Source: Thermoanaerobaculia bacterium
GTDB lineage: Bacteria; Acidobacteriota; Thermoanaerobaculia; Multivoradales; Multivoraceae
Direction of reading: 5' to 3'
Assembly: GCA_963666565.1 (NCBI GenBank)
Contig: OY762911.1
Span: 32,001 to 96,000, forward strand
DNA length: 64,000 nt
A program made the translations under genes and the position numbers. Below the pieces are notes generated by a model that worked only from the letters and a program-made list of their open reading frames with translations, did not search any database and was not told the DNA's origin. Shown here piece after piece: positions 1 to 9,066 of the stretch; the stretch's first letter is position 1; the number at the start of each line of letters is the position of its first letter.

Positions 1-103
1 CGTCGTCGCCGTCCTGGGCCAGGGCGGGCGCCAGCAGGGCCGACATGAGAGCGGCGAGCGACAGCGCCTGCCGCCATGACTTCGAGTGGCGTCGTTTCGT
101 CAT
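1..103 (-). CDS. N-terminus of a secreted protein (runs off the window edge)
   Basis: ATG at 103 reads MTKRRHSKSWRQALSLAALMSALLAPALAQDGDD: basic N-region, hydrophobic core and ALA cleavage site. Confidence 0.6.
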   Translation of the reverse strand, partial: MTKRRHSKSWRQALSLAALMSALLAPALAQDGDD

Positions 104-210
104 TTCGTCTCAGTTCGGAATGGACGCGGAGCATACCAATCGTCGTCGCCTCGCGGGCGGGCGCGGAATACACTCGGCGCTCTTCTTTCTGCACCTGTGG
201 AGATCCAGCG

Positions 211-999
211 ATGATCGACCTGAACCTGACCGGCCGCCGTGCGGTCGTGACCGGCGCCAGCCTCGGTATCGGCGCCGCCGCCGTTCGCTTGCTCGCCGAC
301 CACGGCGCCGAGGTCGCCTTCTGTGCCCGTAGCGAAGACGCCGTCAACGCCCTCGACGGCTACCAGCCGCCATCGGGCGACGGCAGCGCCCGCGGGCACA
401 CAGCCGACATGGCCGACCGCGACTCCATCGACGCCTTGTTCGAGACCGTGCTGGCGGACGGCGCGGTCGACATCCTGGTCAACAACGTCGGCGCCTCGCC
501 CTCCCGCAACTTCCTCTACATGAGCGACGACGACTGGGAGGAACTGTTCCGGCTCAACCTGCTGTCGGCCGTGCGCAGCACGCGGCACTGCCTGCCGGGG
601 ATGCGCAAGCAGAAGTGGGGCCGGGTCGTGATGATCGCGAGCGCCGCCGCGAAGTACCCCGGCGCCGCGCTGATCGACTACGGCGCCTCGAAGGCGGCGA
701 TGGTCGCCACCGGCAAGGCCCTGTCCGGCAAGTACGGACGCGACAACGTGCTGTTCAACTCCGTGCTGCCCGGCCTGATCCACACGGCGATGTGGGAGCG
801 GGCCGCGAAGGAGATCGCGAACGCCCGCGGCGGCGACTGGGAGGACGTGATCCGCAACAACGGCAAGAACGTCCCCGTCGGCCGCTACGGCACCTCGGAA
901 GAGGTCGCCAACATGATCGTCTTCCTGTGCTCGGAGGCCGCGTCGTATGTCAACGGCGCCGTGATCGACGTCGACGGCGGCCAGGGCCGGCACATCTGA
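211..999 (+). CDS. SDR family oxidoreductase
   Basis: VTGASLGIG, NNVG and YGASK motifs; GGAG upstream of ATG 211. Confidence 0.93.
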   Translation: MIDLNLTGRRAVVTGASLGIGAAAVRLLADHGAEVAFCARSEDAVNALDGYQPPSGDGSARGHTADMADRDSIDALFETVLADGAVDILVNNVGASPSRNFLYMSDDDWEELFRLNLLSAVRSTRHCLPGMRKQKWGRVVMIASAAAKYPGAALIDYGASKAAMVATGKALSGKYGRDNVLFNSVLPGLIHTAMWERAAKEIANARGGDWEDVIRNNGKNVPVGRYGTSEEVANMIVFLCSEAASYVNGAVIDVDGGQGRHI

Positions 1000-1117
1000 A
1001 GGTTGGCGGAGCCAGCCTACCGGCCAGCCCGAATCCCCCACCGCCTGCGGCGGCAGCCGGCGCATCCGGTGTGGGGCTTCCGCGGCCCGACATGGCCGTC
1101 GGTTTGGGGGCGCTTCT

Positions 1118-1510
1118 TCAGTTGCGCAGCACGGAGATGTCGGACGCCCCGGCGATCTGGGCGTCGGAGGTCACCAGCGTCAGATCCATCACCTTCGCCG
1201 TCGCGACGAGGAAGCGGTCTGCGGGATCCCGGTGAGGAAGATCGACCGTACGGCTCGCCAGCGCGATCTGGTGCGTTAACGGAGCCTCGCGGGTCGGCAT
1301 CTCTTCCATCGCCTTGTCGATCCAAACCTCGACGGGATGATCGAGTCCGAGCCGGTCTTTCTCGACCAGCAGGACCAACTCCCAGAGACTGATCGGCGAG
1401 AGCCAGAGGGCGTTTTCCGCGGAGCCGACAGCTGACGCGACCTGCTCCGACAGGCGCTCCGGCTCCAGTTGACTCCAAACCCAGATGTGCGTGTCGAGCA
1501 GAAGTCTCAA
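1118..1510 (-). CDS. vapC: PIN-domain (VapC-like) toxin
   Basis: LLLDTHIWVW...ISLWEL...HRDPADRFLVATA...LVTSD; TTG start overlaps the antitoxin stop (TTGA). Confidence 0.9.
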   Translation of the reverse strand: MRLLLDTHIWVWSQLEPERLSEQVASAVGSAENALWLSPISLWELVLLVEKDRLGLDHPVEVWIDKAMEEMPTREAPLTHQIALASRTVDLPHRDPADRFLVATAKVMDLTLVTSDAQIAGASDISVLRN

Positions 1511-1749
1511 GACCGCAGGACCTCCCACTCCTCCTCGTCCACGACCGGCGAGACGATGTCACCGAGAATGCGGCCCGTACCCCGCATTCCACCGAGCACC
1601 CGTCGAGGCCGAACGGCCGGCGATGGCGGCACGATCTCGGCCACCGGCTTGCCGAAGCGCGTGACGAGCACCGGTTCCCCGCTTCGGTGGACCTGTTTCA
1701 GCACCGCCAGACAGGTCGCCTTGAACTTTGAAACGGCAATCTCTTCCAT
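1507..1749 (-). CDS. Phd/YefM-family antitoxin
   Basis: MEEIAVSKFKATCLAVLKQVHRSGEPVLVTRFGKPVAEIVP; GGAGG RBS; coupled to the PIN toxin. Confidence 0.9.
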   Translation of the reverse strand: MEEIAVSKFKATCLAVLKQVHRSGEPVLVTRFGKPVAEIVPPSPAVRPRRVLGGMRGTGRILGDIVSPVVDEEEWEVLRS

Positions 1750-1777
1750 CGTTCCTCCTCCGATGCTTGAAGCGACA

Positions 1778-1819
1778 CTTGTACCATCTCCTGAGACCAT
1801 GGTCAATCATCATGGTCAA
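1778..1819 (-). promoter_or_regulatory. Putative TA promoter with palindromic operator
   Basis: TTGACC (1806-1801), 17 nt, TACAAG (1783-1778); perfect palindrome GACCATGGTC at 1795-1804 and a second CATGGTCA at 1811-1818. Confidence 0.5.
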
Positions 1820-1867
1820 CTTCGCTCTCCGTTTCCACGAAACTGGTTACAGGCGGCATCTTCCGCC

Positions 1868-2055
1868 GGGTGCGCGGGTCTTCTGACCCGCTGCCGCCGG
1901 AGGCGGCCGGAGAACAGCGCCGGCCGGAGACTGGCTCCGCTCTGGCGGCGGCCTTGGCTGGTGCGGTCGCCGGCCTTTGGCCGGCGGCCCTTTCCTCCGG
2001 GCTGCACCGCTCCGCGGCTTCGCCCGTGGGCGGGTCGGAAGACCCGCGCACCCAG
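1868..2055. repeat. Inverted pair of REP-like family A elements (REPIN-like)
   Basis: GGGTGCGCGGGTCTTCTGACCCGC at 1868-1891 and the inverse GCGGGTCGGAAGACCCGCGCACCCAG at 2030-2055. Confidence 0.75.
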
Positions 2056-2061
2056 CGGAGG

Positions 2062-3054
2062 CTACTGGTTCTCCGAGCCCTCGATCTCGGCGATCCCTGA
2101 CGCCGTCTCCTCAAGCAGCGCCTGGGCGCCGCGGCGGATCAGGTTGCCGACGCCGGGGGCCTGGAAGAAGCTGAAGCCCTCGCGGTCCCGCCAAGCCAGC
2201 GGACCGCCCAGCTTGAGGCCGGCGCCGAGCACGGCGTCGCGGATGCGGTCGACCATCGCCTCGTACTCCGGCTCGCCCTGGCGCTTGCCGGAGAAGCTGT
2301 AGAGGTCGGTCGAGGCGGCGAACACGACGTCGACGCCGGGCACGGCGGCGATCTCCTCGACCGCCTCGACACCCGCCGGCGACTCGATCATCGCCACGAT
2401 CAGGATGTTCTCGTTGGCGGTCGCCCGGTAGGCGCGGCCCCAGAGCGCGCCGTACTGGCCGCCGCCGAGGCTGCGCCGTCCCTCCGGCGGGAACTTGGCG
2501 AAGCGCACGGCCCACTCCATCTTCTCGGCGGTGCGCACCATCGGCACGACGATGCCGAGCGCTCCGAGGTCCACCGCCTTCTGGATGTCGCCCTCCGTCG
2601 CGTCCGGCACGCGGATGAAGGGAATGGCGGAGGCGTCCCGGCAGGCCCAGAGCATCCGGGCCACGTCCTGGTAGGTCAGCGGGCTGTGCTGCATCTCGAT
2701 CCACGTGAAATCGAAGCCGGCGTTGGCCGCGGCGCAGTAGCTGTCGGGATCGGGCGAGGAGATGCTGACGCCGACGATTCCCTCGCCGCTCATCAGCTTC
2801 TGCTTGGCCGTGTTGTACATCCGCGCGCCTTCGTCCTGACCGGCGGCCGGCGCGGCCGCCACGAGCGCGAGACTCAGACCCAGTGCGGCCGCGGCGGCGG
2901 GGCCGGCGGCTCTCGCGCGTCTCGTCTGGCCGGGCCGGTTCGTTCCGCGTCGCGCGGCCACGCCAACAGGCCGAACACCTCTCACGCGTCCTCCCGCTCC
3001 AGGCCGGTTTCTCGTGCGCCGGGCGGTCCCGGCGGCGCGTGGAATCGCTCTCAT
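2062..3054 (-). CDS. HpcH/HpaI aldolase/citrate lyase family protein with a signal-peptide-like segment
   Basis: GFDFTWIEMQHS, DLGALGIVVPMV, VAMIES, VPGVDVVF; ATG overlaps the upstream stop (ATGA), but the true start is uncertain. Confidence 0.85.
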   Translation of the reverse strand: MRAIPRAAGTARRTRNRPGAGGRVRGVRPVGVAARRGTNRPGQTRRARAAGPAAAAALGLSLALVAAAPAAGQDEGARMYNTAKQKLMSGEGIVGVSISSPDPDSYCAAANAGFDFTWIEMQHSPLTYQDVARMLWACRDASAIPFIRVPDATEGDIQKAVDLGALGIVVPMVRTAEKMEWAVRFAKFPPEGRRSLGGGQYGALWGRAYRATANENILIVAMIESPAGVEAVEEIAAVPGVDVVFAASTDLYSFSGKRQGEPEYEAMVDRIRDAVLGAGLKLGGPLAWRDREGFSFFQAPGVGNLIRRGAQALLEETASGIAEIEGSENQ

Positions 3055-3914
3055 GCGTCCTCCCTGGCTTCCGAAGGATCGGCCGTGCCCGCCGGCGTCT
3101 GCCCGGCCCGGCCGCCGCGCTGGCCGCGCAGCGCCAGGTCGACGCCGACGAGCCGCCGGTTGCCCTCGACCCGGCTGGAACTGCCGCGGATCTCGCGCAG
3201 CACCAGGTAGTCGGCGAAGGCGGCCTCGACGTTCGCGCTGTAGCCCATCGCGTCCTGCGCCTTGTTCACGGCGAGCTTGCCCAGCCGCAGCACCGCCGGA
3301 TCGTTCTCGGCGATCCGTTCGGCGTAGGCCATCGTCTCGCGTTCCAGTTCGTCCTCGGCGTAGACGCGGTTGACCAGGCCCAGTTCCCGCGCCTCGTCCG
3401 CGTCGATGAAGCGGCTCTCGAAGAGCAGCTCCTTCGCCTTGCGGGGATGGATGTCCCAGGGCACGGTGAAGGTCTCGAACAGGCTGGCGAGGAACCGCGC
3501 GCTCGGCGCCGCGAAGATCAGGTCCATCGACGCGGCGATCATCCAGCCGCCGAAGATGCAGTAGCCGTGCACCATCGCGATCGTGGGCTTCGGCAGGTTG
3601 CGCCACTTGACCGTGTTATCCAGGTTGTACCAGCGGAACGCCTCGTACCAGTCCATGCCGACCCACTGGGTCAGCCCCCGTGCCTCGATGTCCGCCTGCT
3701 GCTCCGGCGTGCCCAGGTCGTGCCCGGAGGAGAAGTGCCTGCCGTCGCCCTTCAGCACGACGACCCGGACGTCTTCGTCGGCCATCGCCCGATCGAGCTG
3801 CAGGTCGAGGTCGTCGAGCAGCTTCCAGCTCTGCGCGTTGTGGTACCGGGCCCGGTCCAGCGTCAGCACCGCGACCGGGCCGCGCCGTTCGTATCGAACC
3901 TCTTCTGCTGCCAT
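3051..3914 (-). CDS. Enoyl-CoA hydratase/isomerase
   Basis: FSSGHDL, PKPTIAMVHGYCIFGG, AEEARELG-like DADEARELGLVNRV. Confidence 0.92.
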   Translation of the reverse strand: MAAEEVRYERRGPVAVLTLDRARYHNAQSWKLLDDLDLQLDRAMADEDVRVVVLKGDGRHFSSGHDLGTPEQQADIEARGLTQWVGMDWYEAFRWYNLDNTVKWRNLPKPTIAMVHGYCIFGGWMIAASMDLIFAAPSARFLASLFETFTVPWDIHPRKAKELLFESRFIDADEARELGLVNRVYAEDELERETMAYAERIAENDPAVLRLGKLAVNKAQDAMGYSANVEAAFADYLVLREIRGSSSRVEGNRRLVGVDLALRGQRGGRAGQTPAGTADPSEAREDA

Positions 3915-3949
3915 ATCCTGTCCTCGAACCGTGATCTGGAGGGGAACCG

Positions 3950-5806
3950 ATGAAGCGTAGCGCAGAGTCCGCCGCCGTTCTGCTCGCCGCCTTCGCCCTC
4001 GGCTGCACAGCCGGCAGCGACGCTCCGGCGCCCGGCGAAGGCGCGCAGCCCCCCAACATCGTCCTCGTCGTGACCGACGACCAGGGCTACGGCGACTTCG
4101 GCTTCGCCGGCAACCCGGTCCTCCAGACGCCGCACCTCGACGCCCTGGCCGCCCAGAGCGCCACCGTCGAGCGCTTCTACGTGAGCCCGGTCTGCACTCC
4201 GACCCGCGCCTCTCTCATGACGGGCCGCTACAACTACCGCACCCGCGCCATCGACACCTACATCGGCCGCGCGATGATGGAGCCCGAGGAGGTGACGATC
4301 GCAGAGTTGCTGCGGGACGCCGGCTACGCCACCGGCATCTTCGGCAAGTGGCACCTGGGCGACAACTACCCGCTGCGCGCCATGGACCAGGGCTTCGAGG
4401 AAAGCCTGGTTCACCGGGGCGGCGGGATCGGCCAGCCCTCCGACCCGCCCGGCGGCGAGGGCAAGTACACGGACGCGGTGCTCTTCAGGAACGGAAAGCG
4501 GGTGGAGACGACCGGCTACTGCACGGACGTCTACTTCGACGCCGCGTTCGACTTCATGGAACAGGCGGCCAGCGAGGGGCGGCCGTTCTTCGCCTACGTC
4601 CCGACGAACGCGCCCCACGGTCCGTTCCACGACGTGCCGGAAGAGCTGCTGAAGCGCTATCGGCAAGCGGACCTGCGCGCGGCGCTCCCGGATCCCGGCC
4701 AGGCCAGCGAGCAGGCGCTCGACCGGCTGGCCCGCAGCTACGCGATGATCGGCAACATCGACGACAACGTCGGACGGCTGACCGCAAGGCTCGAGGAGCT
4801 GGGTCTCGCGGACAACACGCTCGTCGTCTTCCTGGTCGACAACGGACCGGACCGCGACCGCTACAACGCGGGGCTCCGCGGCCGCAAGGGAACCGTGTTC
4901 GAGGGCGGCGTCCGGTCGCCCCTGCTGGCGCGCTGGCCGGGGCGGCTGCCGGCGGACGCGCCGCCCGTCGACCGGATCGCGGCCCACATCGACATCGCGC
5001 CGACCCTGCTCGACGCCGCCGGCGTCGAACCGCCCGCCGGGTTGCATCTGGACGGCCGCAGCCTGCTCGGCCTGCTCTCCGGCGAGGACGACGCCGCGGA
5101 CTGGCCGGACCGGGCCATCTACCTGCAGTTCCACCGCGGCAACGAACCGATCCCGCTCCACTCCTTCGCCGCCGTCGGCCAGCGCTACAAGCTGGTCCAC
5201 CCGTCCCCGCGCGGCGAGGGGGACTGGAACGGCGAACTGGCCCTCGAGCTCTACGACCTCGAGACCGACCCGGGCGAGAGCCGCAACCTGATCGCCGGCA
5301 CCCGCGTGGCGCATTCCGCCGGGACCGCGACCGCCGCCGCGAGCCCGCCGGCGGACTCGCCGGACGAGATGTCCGAGGTCGCGGCCGGGATGCGGAACGC
5401 CTACCTGGCGTGGTTCGAGGACGTGAGCTCCACCCGGCCGGACAACTACGCGCCGCCACGGATCGTCGTCGGCACGGACCGCGAACCGGTCACCGTACTC
5501 ACCCGCCAGGACTGGCGGCGGATCACCGACGACCAGGGCTGGCGGCCGACCTCGCGCGGCCGTTGGCTGCTGAGAGCCCTGGACGACGCGACGTTCGACA
5601 TCGAGGTGCGGCTCGTCGCCGGCTCCAGCGGTCCGGTCCTCCTGGAAGTCGACGATCGGAAACTCAGCCAGGACCTGAACCCGGATCGGCAGACCGCGAC
5701 GTTTGAAGAGGTCCCGGTCCCCGCTGGCGACTTCGGGCTCAGCGCCGCGGCCGGCGAAGGCGAGGAACAGCGAGGAGCGCATCAGGTAGTGCTGCGGCAG
5801 CGCTAG
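3950..5806 (+). CDS. Arylsulfatase (Cys-type, probable lipoprotein)
   Basis: PNIVLVVTDDQG, CTPTRASLMTGR, GKWHLG; lipobox-like ALGC. Confidence 0.93.
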   Translation: MKRSAESAAVLLAAFALGCTAGSDAPAPGEGAQPPNIVLVVTDDQGYGDFGFAGNPVLQTPHLDALAAQSATVERFYVSPVCTPTRASLMTGRYNYRTRAIDTYIGRAMMEPEEVTIAELLRDAGYATGIFGKWHLGDNYPLRAMDQGFEESLVHRGGGIGQPSDPPGGEGKYTDAVLFRNGKRVETTGYCTDVYFDAAFDFMEQAASEGRPFFAYVPTNAPHGPFHDVPEELLKRYRQADLRAALPDPGQASEQALDRLARSYAMIGNIDDNVGRLTARLEELGLADNTLVVFLVDNGPDRDRYNAGLRGRKGTVFEGGVRSPLLARWPGRLPADAPPVDRIAAHIDIAPTLLDAAGVEPPAGLHLDGRSLLGLLSGEDDAADWPDRAIYLQFHRGNEPIPLHSFAAVGQRYKLVHPSPRGEGDWNGELALELYDLETDPGESRNLIAGTRVAHSAGTATAAASPPADSPDEMSEVAAGMRNAYLAWFEDVSSTRPDNYAPPRIVVGTDREPVTVLTRQDWRRITDDQGWRPTSRGRWLLRALDDATFDIEVRLVAGSSGPVLLEVDDRKLSQDLNPDRQTATFEEVPVPAGDFGLSAAAGEGEEQRGAHQVVLRQR

Positions 5807-5839
5807 CGCCAGCCGCGGCTCTGCTAACCTCCGCGGCCA

Positions 5840-6217
5840 ATGCTGCGCCGGACCGGTTCGCCACTCGCCATCGTCAACGCTCTCGCGCTGACGCTCGCCA
5901 CCCTGCTCGCTGGAGCCTGGGACTCGAGCGGCCACGGCCACGGCCTGGCCGCGGCGAACGCCGCCTACTGCGCGGTAGATCACGAGGCCGAGGCCAGCGG
6001 CGCCGCCAGCCGGGCCGCGGTCAGTCAGGCCGCGGCGACGCACGATCATTCCTGCGTCGCCTGCAATCTGGGACGTTCCAAGATCGTCGAGGAGCGCAAG
6101 ACCTCGATCGCCGGACTCCTGGACCTCCCCTCGGCCGCGACGGGCTCGGAGGACGGGGGCTGCCCCACCAGCGGCGAGCGCTGGCGGCACACCGCTCGCG
6201 GGCCGCCCCTGGGCTGA
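5840..6217 (+). CDS. DUF2946/CruR-like leader protein, copy 1
   Basis: Hydrophobic N-terminus, HGH, HDHSCVAC, C-terminal ARGPPLG; directly upstream of a TonB receptor; paralog at 12132. Confidence 0.8.
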   Translation: MLRRTGSPLAIVNALALTLATLLAGAWDSSGHGHGLAAANAAYCAVDHEAEASGAASRAAVSQAAATHDHSCVACNLGRSKIVEERKTSIAGLLDLPSAATGSEDGGCPTSGERWRHTARGPPLG

Positions 6218-6449
6218 GTCGATCCGACTCCGCCCGCGCTGCACAGCGCGACGCGTCGGAGTCGTGAAAAGAAAGGTGAGCGCCCCTCGTCGGGGTGACC
6301 GCGACGACCCGTAGCGGTCAGCTCAAGCTGACGCATCCCGGTCGTCCAACGGCGCCGCCGGCGATTCGGTGCGATCCCACCGCCGCGGAATCCGCGGCCT
6401 GCGCTACGGCACTCTTCGACTCGGACTGAACGACCCAGGAACCACAACC
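6214..6449 (+). promoter_or_regulatory. Structured intergenic leader RNA, copy 1
   Basis: Hairpins 6225-6264 and 6317-6332; 6214-6222 is complementary to 6416-6424; same elements in copy 2. Confidence 0.55.
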
Positions 6450-9044
6450 ATGATCGCCAACCGCACAAAGGCCTCGAACTCCTATCCGCGGCGCCGGCAC
6501 CACCGGCGCCAGGCGGCGACGGGCGCCGTTCTCTGCGCCCTCGCCCTTCTTCTCATTCCAGCGACGGCCGGCGCCCAGGAAACCGGCTCCGTCGCCGGGT
6601 CCGTCGAAACGCACGGCGAGAGAATCGTGCTCGCCGTGGCGCGCATCCCCGCGCTCGGCATCAGCGCCGCGGTGTCCACGGACGGCACGTTCCGCTTCGA
6701 CGAAGTGCCGGCCGGCACGTATCTCGTCGTCGTCGACATTCCCGCCTTCGGCACGGCCAGCGAGACGGTCACCGTGGCGGGCGGCGACGAGGTGGATCTC
6801 CAGCTCGAAATGCGTCACGGAACGCACTTCGACGAGGTCGTGGTCACCGCGACCGGCGACCTGCGCCGCGCCTCCGAACTGGCGAATCCCGTCTCCGTGC
6901 TGTCCGGCACGGACCTCCAGTTGCGCCTCGGCGCCACGCTGGGCGAAACGCTGGAGAACGAACCCGGCGTGTACTCGACGGCGTTCACCCCCGGCGCCGG
7001 CCGGCCGATCATCCGCGGCCTGACGGGCGCACGTGTGCGCGTCATGGAAGGCGGACTCGACACCGGCGACGCCTCCACCGTCAGTGCGGACCACGCGGTG
7101 ACCTTCGAACCGGCGCACGCCGAGCAGATCGAGGTTCTGCGCGGCCCCGCCACGCTCCGCTTCGGGTCGGAGGCCATCGGCGGCGCCGTCAACATCGTCG
7201 ACGGCCGGATTCCGACCGAGAAGCCCGTCAGCGCGCTGAAGGGCACGATCGACCTTCGCGGCGGCACCAACGCCGACGAGCGGATGGGCGCCATCCATCT
7301 CGACGGCGGCGGCGGCGAATGGGCTTGGCACCTGGGCGCCGTCAGCCGGGAGACCGATCCGTACGAGATCCCCGGCTACGCCCGCGTCGAGGAGGAGCAC
7401 GACGATCACGACGAGGACCATGACGAAGACCACGACGAGGATCACGACGAGGACGAGGATCACGACGAGGACGAGGACCACGACGACGAGGACCATGACG
7501 AAGATCACGACGAGGATGACCACGACGAACACGAAGAAGAGAACACCTTCGGGATGGTCCCGAACACGGATCTGAAGACGGAGAGCGGCCGGTTCGGCTT
7601 CACCCGCTTCTTCGGCGATCGCGGCTCGATCGGCGTTTCGGTCAGCGGCTTCGACACGAACTACGGGATCCCGCCTGGCGGGCACGCTCATCACGAGCAC
7701 GACGATCACGACGACGAGGACCACGACGAGGACCACGACGACGAGGACCACGACGACGAAGATCACGACGACGAAGACCACGACGACGAAGACCACGACG
7801 ACGAAGACCACGACGACGAAGACCACGACGACGAAGACCACGACGACGAAGATCACGACGACCACGAGGAAGAGGAAGTCCCGATCCGCATCGACATGCA
7901 GCAGCGCCGCGTCGACCTGCGCGCCGAGGCCCTGCCGGCGTCCGGCGCCTTTCAGAAGATCGAGGTCCGGATGGCGGGAACCGACTACGAGCACGTCGAG
8001 CTCGAAGGTCCCAACGTCGGCACGACCTTCTTCAACGAGTACTTCGAGACCCGGCTCGAGATGTTCCAGCGCGAGCGCGGCCGCAGTCGCGGCTCCGTCG
8101 GTCTCCAGTACTCGGACCGCAACCTGGAGGCCTTCGGCGAGGAGGCCTTCGTTCCTCCGACGCAGTCCGAGGGATTGGCGGTCTTCACCTCCCAGGAAGT
8201 CGAGGCCGGCGCCGTTCGCTGGCAGTTCGGGGCCCGCTTCGAGCAACTCGATCAGAACCCGGCGACTACCAGGGATACCTCGCACGACGGGGTCTCCGCC
8301 TCCGCCGGCCTCGTCTGGGACGCGGCCGACGACTGGGTGCTCGGCGTGTCGCTGGCTCGTTCGGTCCGCCTTCCGTCAGCGGAAGAGCTCTTCTCGGACG
8401 GCGTGCATGTCGCCACGCAGAGCTACGAGGTCGGCGACCCGAACCTCGACAACGAGGTCGGCACCGGCATCGACGTGTCGCTGCGCAAGACGGAGGGACC
8501 GCTGACCGGCGAACTGACGATCTTCCGCCAGAGCTTCAGCGACTTCATCTACCAGGCCTTCACCGGCGAAGAGGAGGACGGTTTCTCGGTGCTCCAGCAC
8601 AGCCAGGCCGACGCCACCACCGAAGGCGCCGAACTCCGGCTCCGGCTCGAGCTGCTCGACCGCAACGACCATCACCTGCACCTCCAGGCGATCGCCGACA
8701 CCGTCGACGCCGAGCTGGACGCGGGTGGCAACCTGCCGCGGATTCCGCCAATGAGCTTCGGCGCCGGCCTCCACTACCACGGCCACCATTGGCGCGCCGC
8801 GGTGGAGGGTCGCTGGTTCGACGACCAGAACGACGTCGCGGAACTGGAGACCCCGACCGAGGGCTACACTCTGGTGAACGCCCACGTCGGGCGGCGCTTC
8901 ATCGTCGGCAACCAGATCCTCGACGTGCTCCTGCGGGGCCGCAACCTGACGGACGAGGAGGCGCGCGTGCATACCTCGTTCCTGAAGAACTTCGCGGCCC
9001 TGCCCGGCAGGGACATCACCCTGTCGGCCCGGTTCTGGTTCTGA
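6450..9044 (+). CDS. TonB-dependent receptor, ZnuD-like, with His/Asp-rich loops
   Basis: Signal peptide, carboxypeptidase-regulatory-like N-domain, EVVVTAT, TLGETL...PG, RPIIRG, IEVLRGPATLRFG, LPRIPP, C-terminal ARFWF. Confidence 0.93.
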   Translation: MIANRTKASNSYPRRRHHRRQAATGAVLCALALLLIPATAGAQETGSVAGSVETHGERIVLAVARIPALGISAAVSTDGTFRFDEVPAGTYLVVVDIPAFGTASETVTVAGGDEVDLQLEMRHGTHFDEVVVTATGDLRRASELANPVSVLSGTDLQLRLGATLGETLENEPGVYSTAFTPGAGRPIIRGLTGARVRVMEGGLDTGDASTVSADHAVTFEPAHAEQIEVLRGPATLRFGSEAIGGAVNIVDGRIPTEKPVSALKGTIDLRGGTNADERMGAIHLDGGGGEWAWHLGAVSRETDPYEIPGYARVEEEHDDHDEDHDEDHDEDHDEDEDHDEDEDHDDEDHDEDHDEDDHDEHEEENTFGMVPNTDLKTESGRFGFTRFFGDRGSIGVSVSGFDTNYGIPPGGHAHHEHDDHDDEDHDEDHDDEDHDDEDHDDEDHDDEDHDDEDHDDEDHDDEDHDDEDHDDHEEEEVPIRIDMQQRRVDLRAEALPASGAFQKIEVRMAGTDYEHVELEGPNVGTTFFNEYFETRLEMFQRERGRSRGSVGLQYSDRNLEAFGEEAFVPPTQSEGLAVFTSQEVEAGAVRWQFGARFEQLDQNPATTRDTSHDGVSASAGLVWDAADDWVLGVSLARSVRLPSAEELFSDGVHVATQSYEVGDPNLDNEVGTGIDVSLRKTEGPLTGELTIFRQSFSDFIYQAFTGEEEDGFSVLQHSQADATTEGAELRLRLELLDRNDHHLHLQAIADTVDAELDAGGNLPRIPPMSFGAGLHYHGHHWRAAVEGRWFDDQNDVAELETPTEGYTLVNAHVGRRFIVGNQILDVLLRGRNLTDEEARVHTSFLKNFAALPGRDITLSARFWF
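7398..7535 (+). repeat. In-frame His/Asp/Glu tandem repeat, loop 1
   Basis: Degenerate CACGACGAGGAC-type units encoding HDED. Confidence 0.85.
7698..7868 (+). repeat. In-frame 15-bp tandem repeat encoding (HDDED)n, loop 2
   Basis: GACCACGACGACGAA/G repeated about 10 times. Confidence 0.9.
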
Positions 9045-9066
9045 GTCGGGCAAGGAACTCAACGCC

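Noticed and set aside
6218-6449. Cobalamin riboswitch ahead of the TonB receptor and ABC genes
   Set aside because: I could not find the conserved GGGAA and GCCACTG-type core elements; an Rfam scan would settle it.
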